DNA of 32,000 nt from Candidatus Woesearchaeota archaeon (lineage in GTDB: Archaea > Nanobdellota > Nanobdellia > Nanobdellales > CAZNIQ01): NCBI GenBank assembly GCA_964573185.1, contig CAZNIQ010000005.1, forward strand, positions 1 through 32,000, written 5' to 3'. A program made the position numbers and the translations under genes. Below the pieces are notes generated by a model. That model was not told where the DNA came from. It was given only the letters and a program-made list of their open reading frames with translations, and did no database searches. Below, piece after piece: positions 14,351 through 23,461 of the stretch; the stretch's first letter is position 1; each line of letters begins with the position of its first letter.

Positions 14351-14839
14351 ATGACAACTTTATGCCCTACCGTGAACTTTAGAAAATATATAAGAAGTAC
14401 ATTAGGAAAATACTATAAAACGGAATTTGTTAGGCTCTTAGAGGAATGTCAAACTCTTGAGGAGATTATTCAAACCTTATTAGAACATAACGTACCTCCA
14501 ACTTACGCTGAGACTTTAATAAAAAAAGAACTCTTGATTCCGGTAGACGGTGTATGTATCGAGCAGCTTGGAGGCTATATTCTAAGAAGAATGACTGCAT
14601 ATATAAATGATGAAAAGAATAAATATTATGCTACTTTGATTTTAAGGAAAATAAAAGACATTATGAGAGAGAAAGGAAAAAGATGTATTTCGTATGAAGA
14701 ACTAGAAGAAACGTTAAACCTTTTAGGATATCAAAAATTAGCAAGAGATATAATAAGATCTATAAAAACATATGTAAGCTTTATCTTAAACCATAATAGG
14801 AAAGCACGTAATTTTTATCAATATAATAAGCCTGAATAA
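14351..14839 (+). CDS. hypothetical protein
   Basis: The track ORF 14147..14839 runs antisense through the 5S rRNA, so the first plausible start is ATG 14351 (MTTLCPTVNFRKYIRS...). 162 aa, helical and charged, no family recognised. The 3' end overlaps the convergent flaI-like gene by 59 nt. Confidence 0.45.
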   Translation: MTTLCPTVNFRKYIRSTLGKYYKTEFVRLLEECQTLEEIIQTLLEHNVPPTYAETLIKKELLIPVDGVCIEQLGGYILRRMTAYINDEKNKYYATLILRKIKDIMREKGKRCISYEELEETLNLLGYQKLARDIIRSIKTYVSFILNHNRKARNFYQYNKPE

Positions 14840-16310
14840 TTTTTGTGAAAATTCTATAATCTCTAATACCAAGCTCAGCTAATTTTCTTAAAAGTCTTGC
14901 TCTTATTTTTAATTCTTCCCAAAGTTCTTCCTCAGAAATCCCGTATTCCTTTGATATTTTCTTAAAAACATAAGAAGTCCCATAAAATTCAAAAGTGTTT
15001 CTTGCAAAATTATATCTGAAAGGAACATTATATTTTACATCACCATTTTGATATACTTCCATAATTTCATAAGTTTCTTTTAAAACTCTTCTTATACTGC
15101 CAGATTTATCTTTAAAATGAATCATAGAAGCAACAATATCTAAAAGTTCAACTAAAGAAGGTGGTAAATTGATTGGGGGTGTTATTAATCTTCTAACAAC
15201 CGCTTTTACATCTGTTGCGTGCATCGTACTTAAACAAGCATGTCCGGAAGCCATTCCTTGAAATAAAACGTAAGCTTCTTCACCACGTATTTCACCAACA
15301 ACTACATAATCTGGACGCTGTCTAAAAGAAGCTTTTAACAAATCAAATAAAGAAACTTCTCCATAGCCAGATAAACCAAAAGCGGGTCTTGATACAGCTG
15401 GGATCCAATTCTCATGATATAATTGAATTTCTCTTGTTTCTTCTATTGTTACAATTCTTGCAGTAGGCGGAATAAACATTAGAATAGCATTAAGAAATGT
15501 AGTTTTACCTGCAGCAGTTGGCCCTATAACCAAGATATTTCTCTTATATTCAACAGCTAGCCAGAAATAAGCAAAGATTTCAGGAGTTGCCGTTCCATTC
15601 AAAATAAGGTCTATCGGTGTTAGGGGTTCCTTCCTAAACTTTCTTATAGTAAATGTCGGACCCCTTGTAGTGATATCAGAAGTATAAGTTGCGTTAACTC
15701 TGGAACCGTCTGGAAGTGTAGCATCTAAAATAGGCTCAGCATAAGAAACATATCTACCAGCCCTTTGTGCCATTTTTTCAATTAACTTTCTTATTTCTTC
15801 TTCATCTTTAAATATAATATTTGTTCTCAGATTACCAAAAATCCTATGAACTACAAATACTGGAATATTTACTCCAGAACATTCTATATCTTCAATAAAA
15901 GGATCATGCATTAAAGGTTCTATTGGTCCTAAACCGATAAAGTCTCTAAAAATGTAATACATTATTTTATTGTAAGATTCGTCTGGAAGATCTATTCCTA
16001 ATTCTGACATAACGAATTGAACGTTATCTTCTAGATATTCCAAAGCTTTTTTTACGTCTTTGAATCTCGAAAAACCAACATTTAAAACTTCTTTTAACCC
16101 CTCCTCTATTAATTCTAAAGCTTGTTTTTCTGTATCTGTTAATTTAGGTTCAAGTACGAAATAAATTAAATCTCCTAGTTGAGGAACGTATTTTATTCTT
16201 GCATAAGCATAAGGATAAATTAGAGGATAAATTACATCTACTTGCTTTTTGTCAGCGAACTTAGGAATATTTGGAATAGGCGGTGAAAGATCAATATAGA
16301 ATTTTGGCAT
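14781..16310 (-). CDS. flaI: FlaI/ArlI-family type IV pilus/archaellum assembly ATPase
   Basis: 509 aa. Walker A is VIGPTAAGKTTFLNAIL. IVTIEETREIQL and RQRPDYVVVGEIRGEEAYVLFQGMASGHACLSTMHA give the Asp, Walker B and His boxes of the FlaI/GspE superfamily. Sequence alone cannot distinguish an archaellum role from a pilus role. Confidence 0.85.
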   Translation of the reverse strand: MPKFYIDLSPPIPNIPKFADKKQVDVIYPLIYPYAYARIKYVPQLGDLIYFVLEPKLTDTEKQALELIEEGLKEVLNVGFSRFKDVKKALEYLEDNVQFVMSELGIDLPDESYNKIMYYIFRDFIGLGPIEPLMHDPFIEDIECSGVNIPVFVVHRIFGNLRTNIIFKDEEEIRKLIEKMAQRAGRYVSYAEPILDATLPDGSRVNATYTSDITTRGPTFTIRKFRKEPLTPIDLILNGTATPEIFAYFWLAVEYKRNILVIGPTAAGKTTFLNAILMFIPPTARIVTIEETREIQLYHENWIPAVSRPAFGLSGYGEVSLFDLLKASFRQRPDYVVVGEIRGEEAYVLFQGMASGHACLSTMHATDVKAVVRRLITPPINLPPSLVELLDIVASMIHFKDKSGSIRRVLKETYEIMEVYQNGDVKYNVPFRYNFARNTFEFYGTSYVFKKISKEYGISEEELWEELKIRARLLRKLAELGIRDYRIFTKIIQAYYIDKNYVLSYYGLR

Positions 16311-16347
16311 TATTATTTTAAGCCCGAACGTATTATTAAAAGTTATA

Positions 16348-17841
16348 ATGCAAAAGTTTGTTCAAGAAACCTTAAAGGAGATTAGAGAAATTCATATTCT
16401 TCTATATAAGCTCAAATTAATTAGAGAAAAAGAAAAAAAACTGAAAGAAGAACTTAAAGAGATAGAAATTTTGTTTAAAAGAGGTCTAATTGGAGATAAG
16501 ACATATAATAAATTAAAAAATGAAATTGAGGAAGAAGTAAGGAAAATAGATGATAAAAAATATTATATTATAAATAGAATTTTACAGATAATTGATGATA
16601 TTGATAATAGAATAAAATTCTTGCTCGAGACTCGAGAAATATCAAAAGATAAATGGATAAAAGAAAAGATAGATAAAACATTAGAAATCATTCATAGAGA
16701 GATTAAAAAAGAAAATATATCCAAGCCTGTAGTTCAAAGAATAAAAGAACTAAAGTATAGTATTCCTAGAGTTCAAATAAATATTCGACCAAAGATAGCA
16801 AAAGGTAAAATAGAAATAGAAAAGAGAAAACCAAAGCTTTCTAGAGTTGCAGTAAGATTATACCAAGAATTAAAGAGAAGAAAAGAGGAAAGGAAAAATG
16901 TTTTGAAAAGAAAGGTTATTATTGTTCATAAAACTAAAAAGCATAGTACTATTAATATATTTGAAAAAATAGCAAATAAGTATTTTGGCGGTCTCGCTGA
17001 TTTCATTATAAAAAACTTTCCGGATTTATATGCTAAATTCTATGAAGTTTTAAGGAGATCTGGAATTAAAACTTTATCCAAGACATATTTTGCATTAATG
17101 TTGTTCCTAACAATTATTGTTTTTATTTTCTCTTTAGTAATTGATCTAATACTACATATATTTGTATTCAAATCTTTCAATCCTCTTTCCTTCTTCATTT
17201 TTCTTATATTAATAACTTTGTTTTCAATTCCTTTAACTATTGCTATATTTTTGATTTATCCTTACATCAAAGAGAAAGAGAGAAGAGAAAATATAGATGC
17301 TGCTTTACCTTTTGCTCTAGTTCAGATGTCTGCTATAGCGTCAGCAAACGTTTCCCCATATGTAATGATAAAAGTTATTGCAAATACTGAAGAATTCAAA
17401 GATCTTTCAGATGAGTTAAAGAAAGTCATAGAATATATTGATTATATGGGTTATGATCTTACTACTGCTTTAAGAATGGTTGCAGAGGAGACTCCCTCAT
17501 ATAAATTAAAAGATTTTCTAAAGGGTCTAGCATCTATTATAAAATCCGGTGGAAATGTTGCGGAATATATTAAAGAGAAAGCATTAGATGCCTTAATACA
17601 TTATAGAACTGAAAGAAAGAAATTTATACAAGCTTTACAAACTTATTCTGATTTATACACCGGTATAGTTGTTGCTGCTCCTTTATTTTTCATAGCTACA
17701 TTAGCAGTTTTACAAACAATGGGTGGAAAAGTTTTTAACATAGATATCTCAAAGGCAATTTTCTTCGGAACATATGTTTTTATACCCTTAATTAACATTT
17801 TGTTTTTGCTATTTATTCATATAACCCAGCCAAAAGGTTAA
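16348..17841 (+). CDS. FlaJ/TadC-like platform membrane protein with a single T2SSF domain and a long N-terminal coiled-coil extension
   Basis: 497 aa. The first ~195 aa are lysine/glutamate-rich heptads. Then come two TM helices, a cytoplasmic T2SSF-like domain (DAALPFALVQMSAIASANVSPYVMIKVIA...DLTTALRMVAEETPSYKLKDFLKGLASIIKSGGNVAEYI) and two more TM helices. Divergent from the flaI-like gene with a 37-nt spacer. Confidence 0.7.
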   Translation: MQKFVQETLKEIREIHILLYKLKLIREKEKKLKEELKEIEILFKRGLIGDKTYNKLKNEIEEEVRKIDDKKYYIINRILQIIDDIDNRIKFLLETREISKDKWIKEKIDKTLEIIHREIKKENISKPVVQRIKELKYSIPRVQINIRPKIAKGKIEIEKRKPKLSRVAVRLYQELKRRKEERKNVLKRKVIIVHKTKKHSTINIFEKIANKYFGGLADFIIKNFPDLYAKFYEVLRRSGIKTLSKTYFALMLFLTIIVFIFSLVIDLILHIFVFKSFNPLSFFIFLILITLFSIPLTIAIFLIYPYIKEKERRENIDAALPFALVQMSAIASANVSPYVMIKVIANTEEFKDLSDELKKVIEYIDYMGYDLTTALRMVAEETPSYKLKDFLKGLASIIKSGGNVAEYIKEKALDALIHYRTERKKFIQALQTYSDLYTGIVVAAPLFFIATLAVLQTMGGKVFNIDISKAIFFGTYVFIPLINILFLLFIHITQPKG

Positions 17842-18074
17842 ACTGAACGAGCAGAAAACAAAACTATTGCCAATCCTGCTAAGAATATAATAATTGCAGA
17901 GTAGCTTTCTTTTAAGAACATCTTAATTTGCCAATACGTTTCAAATGACACTCCAAATAAAGACAAAATCCTATAGAAAGTATAAGAGTTTGTAAAAGTA
18001 TCAATAAGTAGAATAATCCCAAGAATTAACAAAATAATCCCTAGGAATCTTATGGGATCTGTAAATGAGCGCAT
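17838..18074 (-). CDS. small hypothetical membrane protein (two predicted TM helices)
   Basis: The track ORF extends to 18122 across the tRNA. The first Met outside the tRNA body is at 18074 (MRSFTDPIRFLGIILLILGIILLID...AIIIFLAGLAIVLF). It fills an otherwise 230-nt non-coding gap in a very compact region. The A of its ATG is the tRNA discriminator base. Confidence 0.4.
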   Translation of the reverse strand: MRSFTDPIRFLGIILLILGIILLIDTFTNSYTFYRILSLFGVSFETYWQIKMFLKESYSAIIIFLAGLAIVLFSARSV

Positions 18075-18144
18075 GCGGCGGCCGGGATTCGAACCCGGGT
18101 CACGGGCTTGGAAGGCCCGCATCCTGCCGCTAGACTACCGCCGC
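18074..18144 (-). tRNA. tRNA-Gly (anticodon UCC), no encoded CCA
   Basis: The minus strand folds as GCGGCGG UA GUCU AGCGGCA GGAU G CGGGC CUUCCAA GCCCG UGAC CCGGG UUCGAAU CCCGG CCGCCGC A. It has a 7-bp acceptor stem, D, anticodon and T arms, a GTTCGAAT T-loop and anticodon UCC in a 7-nt loop. 71 nt. It is followed by UGCGC, not CCA. Confidence 0.93.
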
Positions 18145-18174
18145 TTATAAAAATATGTTTTTAACGTTAAATTT

Positions 18175-18450
18175 TTATTCTTTCTTTTCCTCTTCCTCCT
18201 TCTTTTCTTTCTTTATAGCTAATGCTGCTTTGGAAATGATCATGATATCGCCAATAGCCCTTACTAATTGATGTGGAACAATTACCCCTTTTATTCCTTC
18301 TTGTAATAATTCAGGATATGCTATTCTAATTTTCCAACCATAAATTCTATTTTCCTGTAATAGTACATCCTCTACTTCCCCAAAAAAATCACCCTCATCT
18401 GTATATACTTTCTTCCCATACATCTCAGACACTCTCCTAAGTTTAAGCAT
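18175..18450 (-). CDS. PRC-barrel domain protein
   Basis: 91 aa. SEMYGKKVYTDEGDFFGEVEDVLLQENRIYGWKI...VIVPHQLVRAIGDIMIISK matches the small archaeal PRC-barrel pattern, with an acidic/lysine-rich tail. Confidence 0.7.
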   Translation of the reverse strand: MLKLRRVSEMYGKKVYTDEGDFFGEVEDVLLQENRIYGWKIRIAYPELLQEGIKGVIVPHQLVRAIGDIMIISKAALAIKKEKKEEEEKKE

Positions 18451-18470
18451 ACTATTGATACCTCTTACCT

Positions 18471-18479
18471 TTTTATAAA
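18471..18479. promoter_or_regulatory. quasi-palindromic TATA element TTTTATAAA shared by the divergent PRC-barrel and cdc48 genes
   Basis: The centre, 18475, is exactly 25 nt from the ATG of the PRC-barrel gene (18450) and 25 nt from the ATG of cdc48 (18500). It is the only strong TATA-like element in the 49-nt spacer. Confidence 0.5.
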
Positions 18480-18499
18480 TTTCACTGAAAATAATTTTA

Positions 18500-21400
18500 A
18501 TGCCAAGTGATGATAAGAAGAAACCGGAAATAAGATTAAAGGTTGCAGAAGCTAGGCAAGAAGATGTTTACAAGGGTATAGTTCGTATAGATGCTGAAGC
18601 CATGAGAAAAATAGGAGTAAAACCCGGGGATGTAGTTGAAATAGAAGGAAAAAGAAAAACAGTAGCCATTGCTGAAAGATCATATCCTGAAGACGTAGGA
18701 TTAGGAATAATAAGAATGGATGGTATTCTAAGAAGAAATGCAGGTGTTTCTTTAGGTGAATATGTAACTGTAAGGAAAGCTGATGTTAAAGAAGCTAGAA
18801 GAGTTGTAATTGCTCCCGCACAAAAAGGCGTTTATGTCGAAATTCCACCGGAAATGGCAAAGCAAGCTTTACTTGGAAGGCCTCTAATGAAAGGAGATTT
18901 AATTGTTCTAGGGGGATACAGAAGAAGGAGGAGATATTCTTCAGATTTCTTTGAAGATATATTTTCTGTATTTGAAGAACCTTTCTTTACCGGTTTTGCT
19001 GAAACTAAATTCATAGTTGTAGATACACAACCTAGAGGACCTGTAATTGTAACAGATATGACAGAAGTAGAAGTATTGCCACAAGCCGTTGAAGTTAAAG
19101 AGGAAATTCCAGAGGTTACTTGGGAAGATATTGGTGATATGGAAGAAGTTGTGAGGAAAGTTAGAGAATTAGTTGAGTTGCCTTTGAAACATCCCGAAAT
19201 CTTTGAAAGGTTGGGAATTGAACCTCCAAAAGGGATATTGCTATATGGTCCTCCGGGTACTGGTAAAACACTCCTAGCCAAAGCCGTTGCAAATGAAACA
19301 GGGGCCTACTTTATTGCCATTAATGGACCAGAGATAGTTTCAAAGTATGTCGGTGAATCCGAAAGAAGATTAAGAGAAATATTTGAAGAAGCTCAAAAGA
19401 ATGCTCCTGCGATTATATTTATAGATGAAATCGACGCTATAGCTCCAAGAAGAGATGAAGCTGTTGGTGAAGTAGAAAGAAGATTAGTTGCACAGCTTTT
19501 AACCTTAATGGATGGTTTAAAATCTAGAGGAAAAGTTATAGTTATAGCAGCAACGAACAGGCCTAATGCAATAGATCCTGCATTAAGAAGACCCGGAAGA
19601 TTTGATAGAGAAATAGAAGTTCCCGTACCAGATGAAAGAGCCAGATACGAAATACTAAAAGTTCATACAAGAAATGTTCCCTTAGGTAAAAAGATTGTAG
19701 AGAAAACACCTGATGGTAAAACAGTAGAAAAGTATGTATTGTTAACTCCAGAAGAAAGAGATCAATTGTTAAGAAAATTAGCAAAGATGACCCACGGTTA
19801 CGTAGGTGCAGATCTAGCTGCTTTAGTTAAAGAGGCTGCAATGAATGCTATTAGAAGAGTATTACCAGATATACTTGAAAGAGAAGAAGGGCCATTACCT
19901 CCAGAAGTACTAGAGAAGTTAGTAGTTACTGAAGAAGACTTTATGGAAGCTTTGAAAGTGGTACCTCCATCTGCAATGAGAGAAGTTTTAGTAGAGGTAC
20001 CTAACGTTAGATGGGATGATATTGGAGGATTAGATGAGGTTAAACAGATGTTAAAGGAAATGGTTGTTTGGCCTTTGAAATATAGAGAGATATACAAGAA
20101 ATTGGGAATTGAACCTCCAAAAGGGATATTGCTATATGGTCCTCCGGGTACTGGTAAGACTTTGTTAGCAAAGGCGGTGGCTACAGAATCTGGAATGAAC
20201 TTTATAGCAGTAAAAGGTCCAGAAATTTTATCGAAGTGGGTAGGTGAGTCAATTCCCGGAGATGAGAAAGTTTTAGCAAAGATAGATGGAGAAGTAAAAC
20301 TAATTGAAGTAGAAAAGTTATATGAAGAATGGTTAAGAGGAAAAGAAATAGAAGTAGTATCTGTTGTCGATGGAAAAGTAAGATGGTCTAAGATAGAAAA
20401 GATTTCAAGACATCTAAGAACTTCACCAGTAGTTGAGATAATTACAGAATCTGGAAGAAGAGTTAAGGTTACTTTAGATCATTCTGTATTCACTGTTAAA
20501 GATGGAAGAATAATTTCGGTTCCTACTTCAGAATTAAAGGAAGGCGATTGGATTGTCTTAATAAATAGAATACCGTCTGGAGATAAAGAAGAAATAGCGG
20601 GGATAAAAATAAATGAAAATATTGCAGAACTAATAGGTTTATATATAGCTGAAGGAGATATAAATAAAGACTATGTAAGGATTCATACGAAAGATTCTGA
20701 AATAATAAAAGAAATAGAAAGGATAATAAAAGAGGAAAAGCTTGAAGGAAAGTATTATGAAAAAGATGGTTCATTCTGGATAAAGACGAAATGGTTCGTA
20801 GAATTATGCAAATTATTCGGAGTAGGAGCTAAAAACAAAAGATTAGGACCTGCTCTATCTTTAAAGAAAGAATTATTAGCTAAAGTGTTGAAAGGATACT
20901 TTTCTGGAGATGGAACATTCTACTTAAAGAACCATAAAAGATCTGGAACAATAGAGGCAGTAACTGTAAGTAAAACTTTAGCTGAAGAATTATTAATAGC
21001 TCTATCAATGTTTGGTATATTTGCAAGGATAAAAGAAAGGGTAAATAGAGTAGGAAACATTGAATATAGGATTCTAATTGGAAGGACAGAACAATTCAAG
21101 ATTTTCTTAGAAGAAATAAGATTTATACAGGAAGGAAAGAATAGAAAGCTTAAAGAATTTATAAAGAGTAGGAAATGGACGAGAGGCAAAAGAAATATAC
21201 CAGCAGAACTAGTAGGAAAGTTGTATGCTGATATGGAGGTAGAATATTATTCTGATAGGGTTGTTCAGAAAGCATTAAAGAAAGTATTGCTAGAAGATTT
21301 GTACTTCGATAAAATAAAGGAAATAAGAGTCCTAGAGAGGGATGATATGTATGTTTATGATGTTGTTGAAGTAAAGGAGGGGCATAATTTTGTAGGAGGA

Positions 21401-22264
21401 CAAGGTTTCTTATTGCATAACTCTGAAAAAGCTATTAGAGAAATATTTAGGAAGGCTAGACAAGTAGCACCATGTGTTATTTTCTTTGATGAAATAGATG
21501 CTATTGCTGCTAGAAGAGGCTCTGAAACTTCAGGAGTCATAGATAGAATTGTAAACCAGTTATTAACAGAAATGGACGGTATTACTACAAGAGGGGATGT
21601 TGTTGTAATAGCAGCAACTAATAGACCCGATCTGATAGATCCTGCTTTATTAAGACCCGGAAGATTTGATAGATTAGTTTATGTCCCACCACCAGATAAG
21701 AAAGCTAGAATCGAGATACTAGCAATACATACTAGGAACACACCACTAGATCCTGAATTTGACAAGAACTTAGAAACTCTAAAGAAGAAATTAGAGGAAA
21801 TTAAGAATAACGAGGAAATGTTAAAGTTCTATAAGGTATCAAAGGAAGACGTAGAGAAATGGCTAAGAGAGTTAACAGATGCGAAGAAAGCTTATGAATT
21901 GTACGAGAAAGATAAGAAATTTAGATATGTTGCTAATGCTTTGTTGATCTTTGAACCTATTGCAGAAAAGACCGAAATGTACTCCGGTGCTGATCTAGCA
22001 GCACTTGCAAGGGAAGCAGCATTAACAGCATTGAGGGAAAGATTAGAGTACTATAGAAACCAAGGTTTATCCGAAGATGAGGCATTAGCAAAAATAAAAG
22101 ACGAGCAAATAAAAGTAAAGTTAGAACACTTTGAGAAAGCATTACAAAAAGTAAAACCATCTATTACAAAAGAAATGCTCGAATATTATAAAGCTTTTAC
22201 AGAATATATGAAAGGAACGTTTAGGAAGGAAGAAAAAAGAGACAAAAGATCTTACCTACTTTAA
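18500..22264 (+). CDS. cdc48: Cdc48/VCP/p97-type AAA+ ATPase (N domain, D1 and D2), intein-containing
   Basis: 1254 aa. The N-terminal double-psi-barrel domain reads [38 protein letters not shown]. There are two AAA modules, each with [20 protein letters not shown] (Walker A), [11 protein letters not shown] / [11 protein letters not shown] (Walker B) and the second region of homology [19 protein letters not shown]2 is interrupted by an intein after KWVGE. Confidence 0.93.
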   Translation: MPSDDKKKPEIRLKVAEARQEDVYKGIVRIDAEAMRKIGVKPGDVVEIEGKRKTVAIAERSYPEDVGLGIIRMDGILRRNAGVSLGEYVTVRKADVKEARRVVIAPAQKGVYVEIPPEMAKQALLGRPLMKGDLIVLGGYRRRRRYSSDFFEDIFSVFEEPFFTGFAETKFIVVDTQPRGPVIVTDMTEVEVLPQAVEVKEEIPEVTWEDIGDMEEVVRKVRELVELPLKHPEIFERLGIEPPKGILLYGPPGTGKTLLAKAVANETGAYFIAINGPEIVSKYVGESERRLREIFEEAQKNAPAIIFIDEIDAIAPRRDEAVGEVERRLVAQLLTLMDGLKSRGKVIVIAATNRPNAIDPALRRPGRFDREIEVPVPDERARYEILKVHTRNVPLGKKIVEKTPDGKTVEKYVLLTPEERDQLLRKLAKMTHGYVGADLAALVKEAAMNAIRRVLPDILEREEGPLPPEVLEKLVVTEEDFMEALKVVPPSAMREVLVEVPNVRWDDIGGLDEVKQMLKEMVVWPLKYREIYKKLGIEPPKGILLYGPPGTGKTLLAKAVATESGMNFIAVKGPEILSKWVGESIPGDEKVLAKIDGEVKLIEVEKLYEEWLRGKEIEVVSVVDGKVRWSKIEKISRHLRTSPVVEIITESGRRVKVTLDHSVFTVKDGRIISVPTSELKEGDWIVLINRIPSGDKEEIAGIKINENIAELIGLYIAEGDINKDYVRIHTKDSEIIKEIERIIKEEKLEGKYYEKDGSFWIKTKWFVELCKLFGVGAKNKRLGPALSLKKELLAKVLKGYFSGDGTFYLKNHKRSGTIEAVTVSKTLAEELLIALSMFGIFARIKERVNRVGNIEYRILIGRTEQFKIFLEEIRFIQEGKNRKLKEFIKSRKWTRGKRNIPAELVGKLYADMEVEYYSDRVVQKALKKVLLEDLYFDKIKEIRVLERDDMYVYDVVEVKEGHNFVGGQGFLLHNSEKAIREIFRKARQVAPCVIFFDEIDAIAARRGSETSGVIDRIVNQLLTEMDGITTRGDVVVIAATNRPDLIDPALLRPGRFDRLVYVPPPDKKARIEILAIHTRNTPLDPEFDKNLETLKKKLEEIKNNEEMLKFYKVSKEDVEKWLRELTDAKKAYELYEKDKKFRYVANALLIFEPIAEKTEMYSGADLAALAREAALTALRERLEYYRNQGLSEDEALAKIKDEQIKVKLEHFEKALQKVKPSITKEMLEYYKAFTEYMKGTFRKEEKRDKRSYLL
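19211..19266 (+). repeat. 56-nt tract identical to 20102..20157 (D1 copy of the Walker A region)
   Basis: ttgggaattgaacctccaaaagggatattgctatatggtcctccgggtactggtaa occurs identically at both sites, 891 nt apart and in frame. Flanking codons encode the same amino acids (TLLAKAVA) but use different synonymous codons. Confidence 0.9.
20102..20157 (+). repeat. 56-nt tract identical to 19211..19266 (D2 copy of the Walker A region)
   Basis: See the partner repeat. The match is exact over 56 nt, and identity ends abruptly on both sides. Confidence 0.9.
20249..21421 (+). mobile_element. 391-aa intein with LAGLIDADG homing-endonuclease domain in Cdc48 D2
   Basis: The host sequence KWVGE|S...HN|SEKAIREIF restores the canonical [12 protein letters not shown]. 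The intein starts [14 protein letters not shown] (block A with Ser1), has TLDH (block B) and carries two LAGLIDADG-type motifs ([11 protein letters not shown] and [11 protein letters not shown]). It ends [23 protein letters not shown], with +1 Ser. Confidence 0.85.
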
Positions 22265-22485
22265 CCCCAGATTTCCTTTTTAGCTAATCTTACGTCTTCT
22301 TCTTGAACAGTTTTTCTTCCAGCGTGCTTTGCTAATTCAACTGCTCTTTCAGCTATCTTTTCAGCAATTTCAATTATAGTTTCTACAAATACTCTCTTTG
22401 CTTCTTCAGATACTCTCTTTGCTCCAGCTTTTCTTAAAATTCTATATAGAGGGGCAACAGGTAACTCGTACTTTCTCCTCGCCAT
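22261..22485 (-). CDS. archaeal histone (HMf family)
   Basis: 74 aa. [62 protein letters not shown] is a single histone fold. TATA-like TTTAAAT lies about 27 nt upstream of the ATG. Confidence 0.9.
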   Translation of the reverse strand: MARRKYELPVAPLYRILRKAGAKRVSEEAKRVFVETIIEIAEKIAERAVELAKHAGRKTVQEEDVRLAKKEIWG

Positions 22486-22570
22486 AGAACATAACTATTC
22501 GAAGGGGGATTTAAACATTTTGGAGTACATTTTGGTCTCAAAGGATACGTGAATTTATGAACAGCAGTCG

Positions 22571-23461
22571 TTAATCCTCTTCGGGGAACACGTAAACTCT
22601 ATCTGAAATTAAAACGGTTTTTTCATGTTGGGACACTAAGCCTCCTGACTTTTCAACAAGTATAGGATATTCATAAAGAATATCTAACTTTTTCATCAAA
22701 TTAATAGCATAATCTACCTGATTTTTTGGAAAAATTTTGTATAACCATCTTTTTGCAAATGGTAAAGTCTTGTATTCTTTTATTATATAATCATAAATTT
22801 TTCTAGCAATTCTATCTCTTGGAGCTTTAAGATCCATTATCTTTAGAATTCCAGAAGGATTTCCATCTTTAACATAGCCAATACCATTAGTTGCAAAGGG
22901 TTCTATAGCATATAATCCTTCTTCTAATTTTATTTTTGATTTATTATTGAAATTTGGTATAGTTAAACCTGCATGTAAATTATATTGTTCTATTTGATGT
23001 CCCGAAAGATTATATATTGGGTTTAAATTATATTTTTTTATAGTTCTCTCAATAACGTCTCCAATTGCCCACAATTCTACTCCTTTTTTTATTACTTTCA
23101 ATGCATTTTCCAATGCTTCTTTTGACGCTTTTATTAATCCTTTATGATCCCCCAAATCTATAGTTATAGCTGTATCAATGATCCAACCATTTATATGAAC
23201 TCCTATATCAATTTTAACAACATCTCCTTCTTTAAATGCTGATTTATCATCAATACTTGGTGTATAATGCGCAGCAATATCATTTATTGATATATTTACT
23301 GGAAAAGCAGGTTTACCTCCTTCTTCAATTATAAGTCCCTCTATTTTTTCAGCAACCTCTAATAAAGATACTTCAGGTCTAACTAGCTTTTTAGCTAAAT
23401 TTAAAGCTTTAGCAGCTATTTTTGATGCTTTTTTTAAATCAGCTAGGGTGACTCTCTTCAT
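22571..23461 (-). CDS. map: methionine aminopeptidase, type 2 (archaeal)
   Basis: 296 aa. It carries the metal-ligand context AAHYTP, GDVVKIDIGVHINGWIIDTAITI, SGHQIEQYNLHAG, YAIEPFATNG and SQHEKTVLI, with the type-2 helical insertion. Confidence 0.9.
   Translation of the reverse strand: MKRVTLADLKKASKIAAKALNLAKKLVRPEVSLLEVAEKIEGLIIEEGGKPAFPVNISINDIAAHYTPSIDDKSAFKEGDVVKIDIGVHINGWIIDTAITIDLGDHKGLIKASKEALENALKVIKKGVELWAIGDVIERTIKKYNLNPIYNLSGHQIEQYNLHAGLTIPNFNNKSKIKLEEGLYAIEPFATNGIGYVKDGNPSGILKIMDLKAPRDRIARKIYDYIIKEYKTLPFAKRWLYKIFPKNQVDYAINLMKKLDILYEYPILVEKSGGLVSQHEKTVLISDRVYVFPEED

Noticed and set aside
18075-18122. Upstream extension of ORF 17838..18122 (MRAFQARDPGSNPGRR...)
   Set aside because: These codons read through the tRNA-Gly gene body on the same strand, so the extension is an artefact. 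The ORF was trimmed to the Met at 18074.
18832-22160. Seven minus-strand ORFs (18832..19281, 19563..19784, 19798..20097, 20523..20774, 20920..21189, 21355..21540, 21957..22160)
   Set aside because: All lie antisense within the well-supported cdc48/intein coding sequence. They have low-complexity S/T/L-rich translations with no recognisable motifs.
22250-22264. Possible proteasome-docking HbYX motif at the Cdc48 C-terminus (...RSYLL)
   Set aside because: The Tyr is at the antepenultimate rather than the penultimate position, so the canonical Hb-Y-X pattern is not met. No claim can be made from sequence alone.
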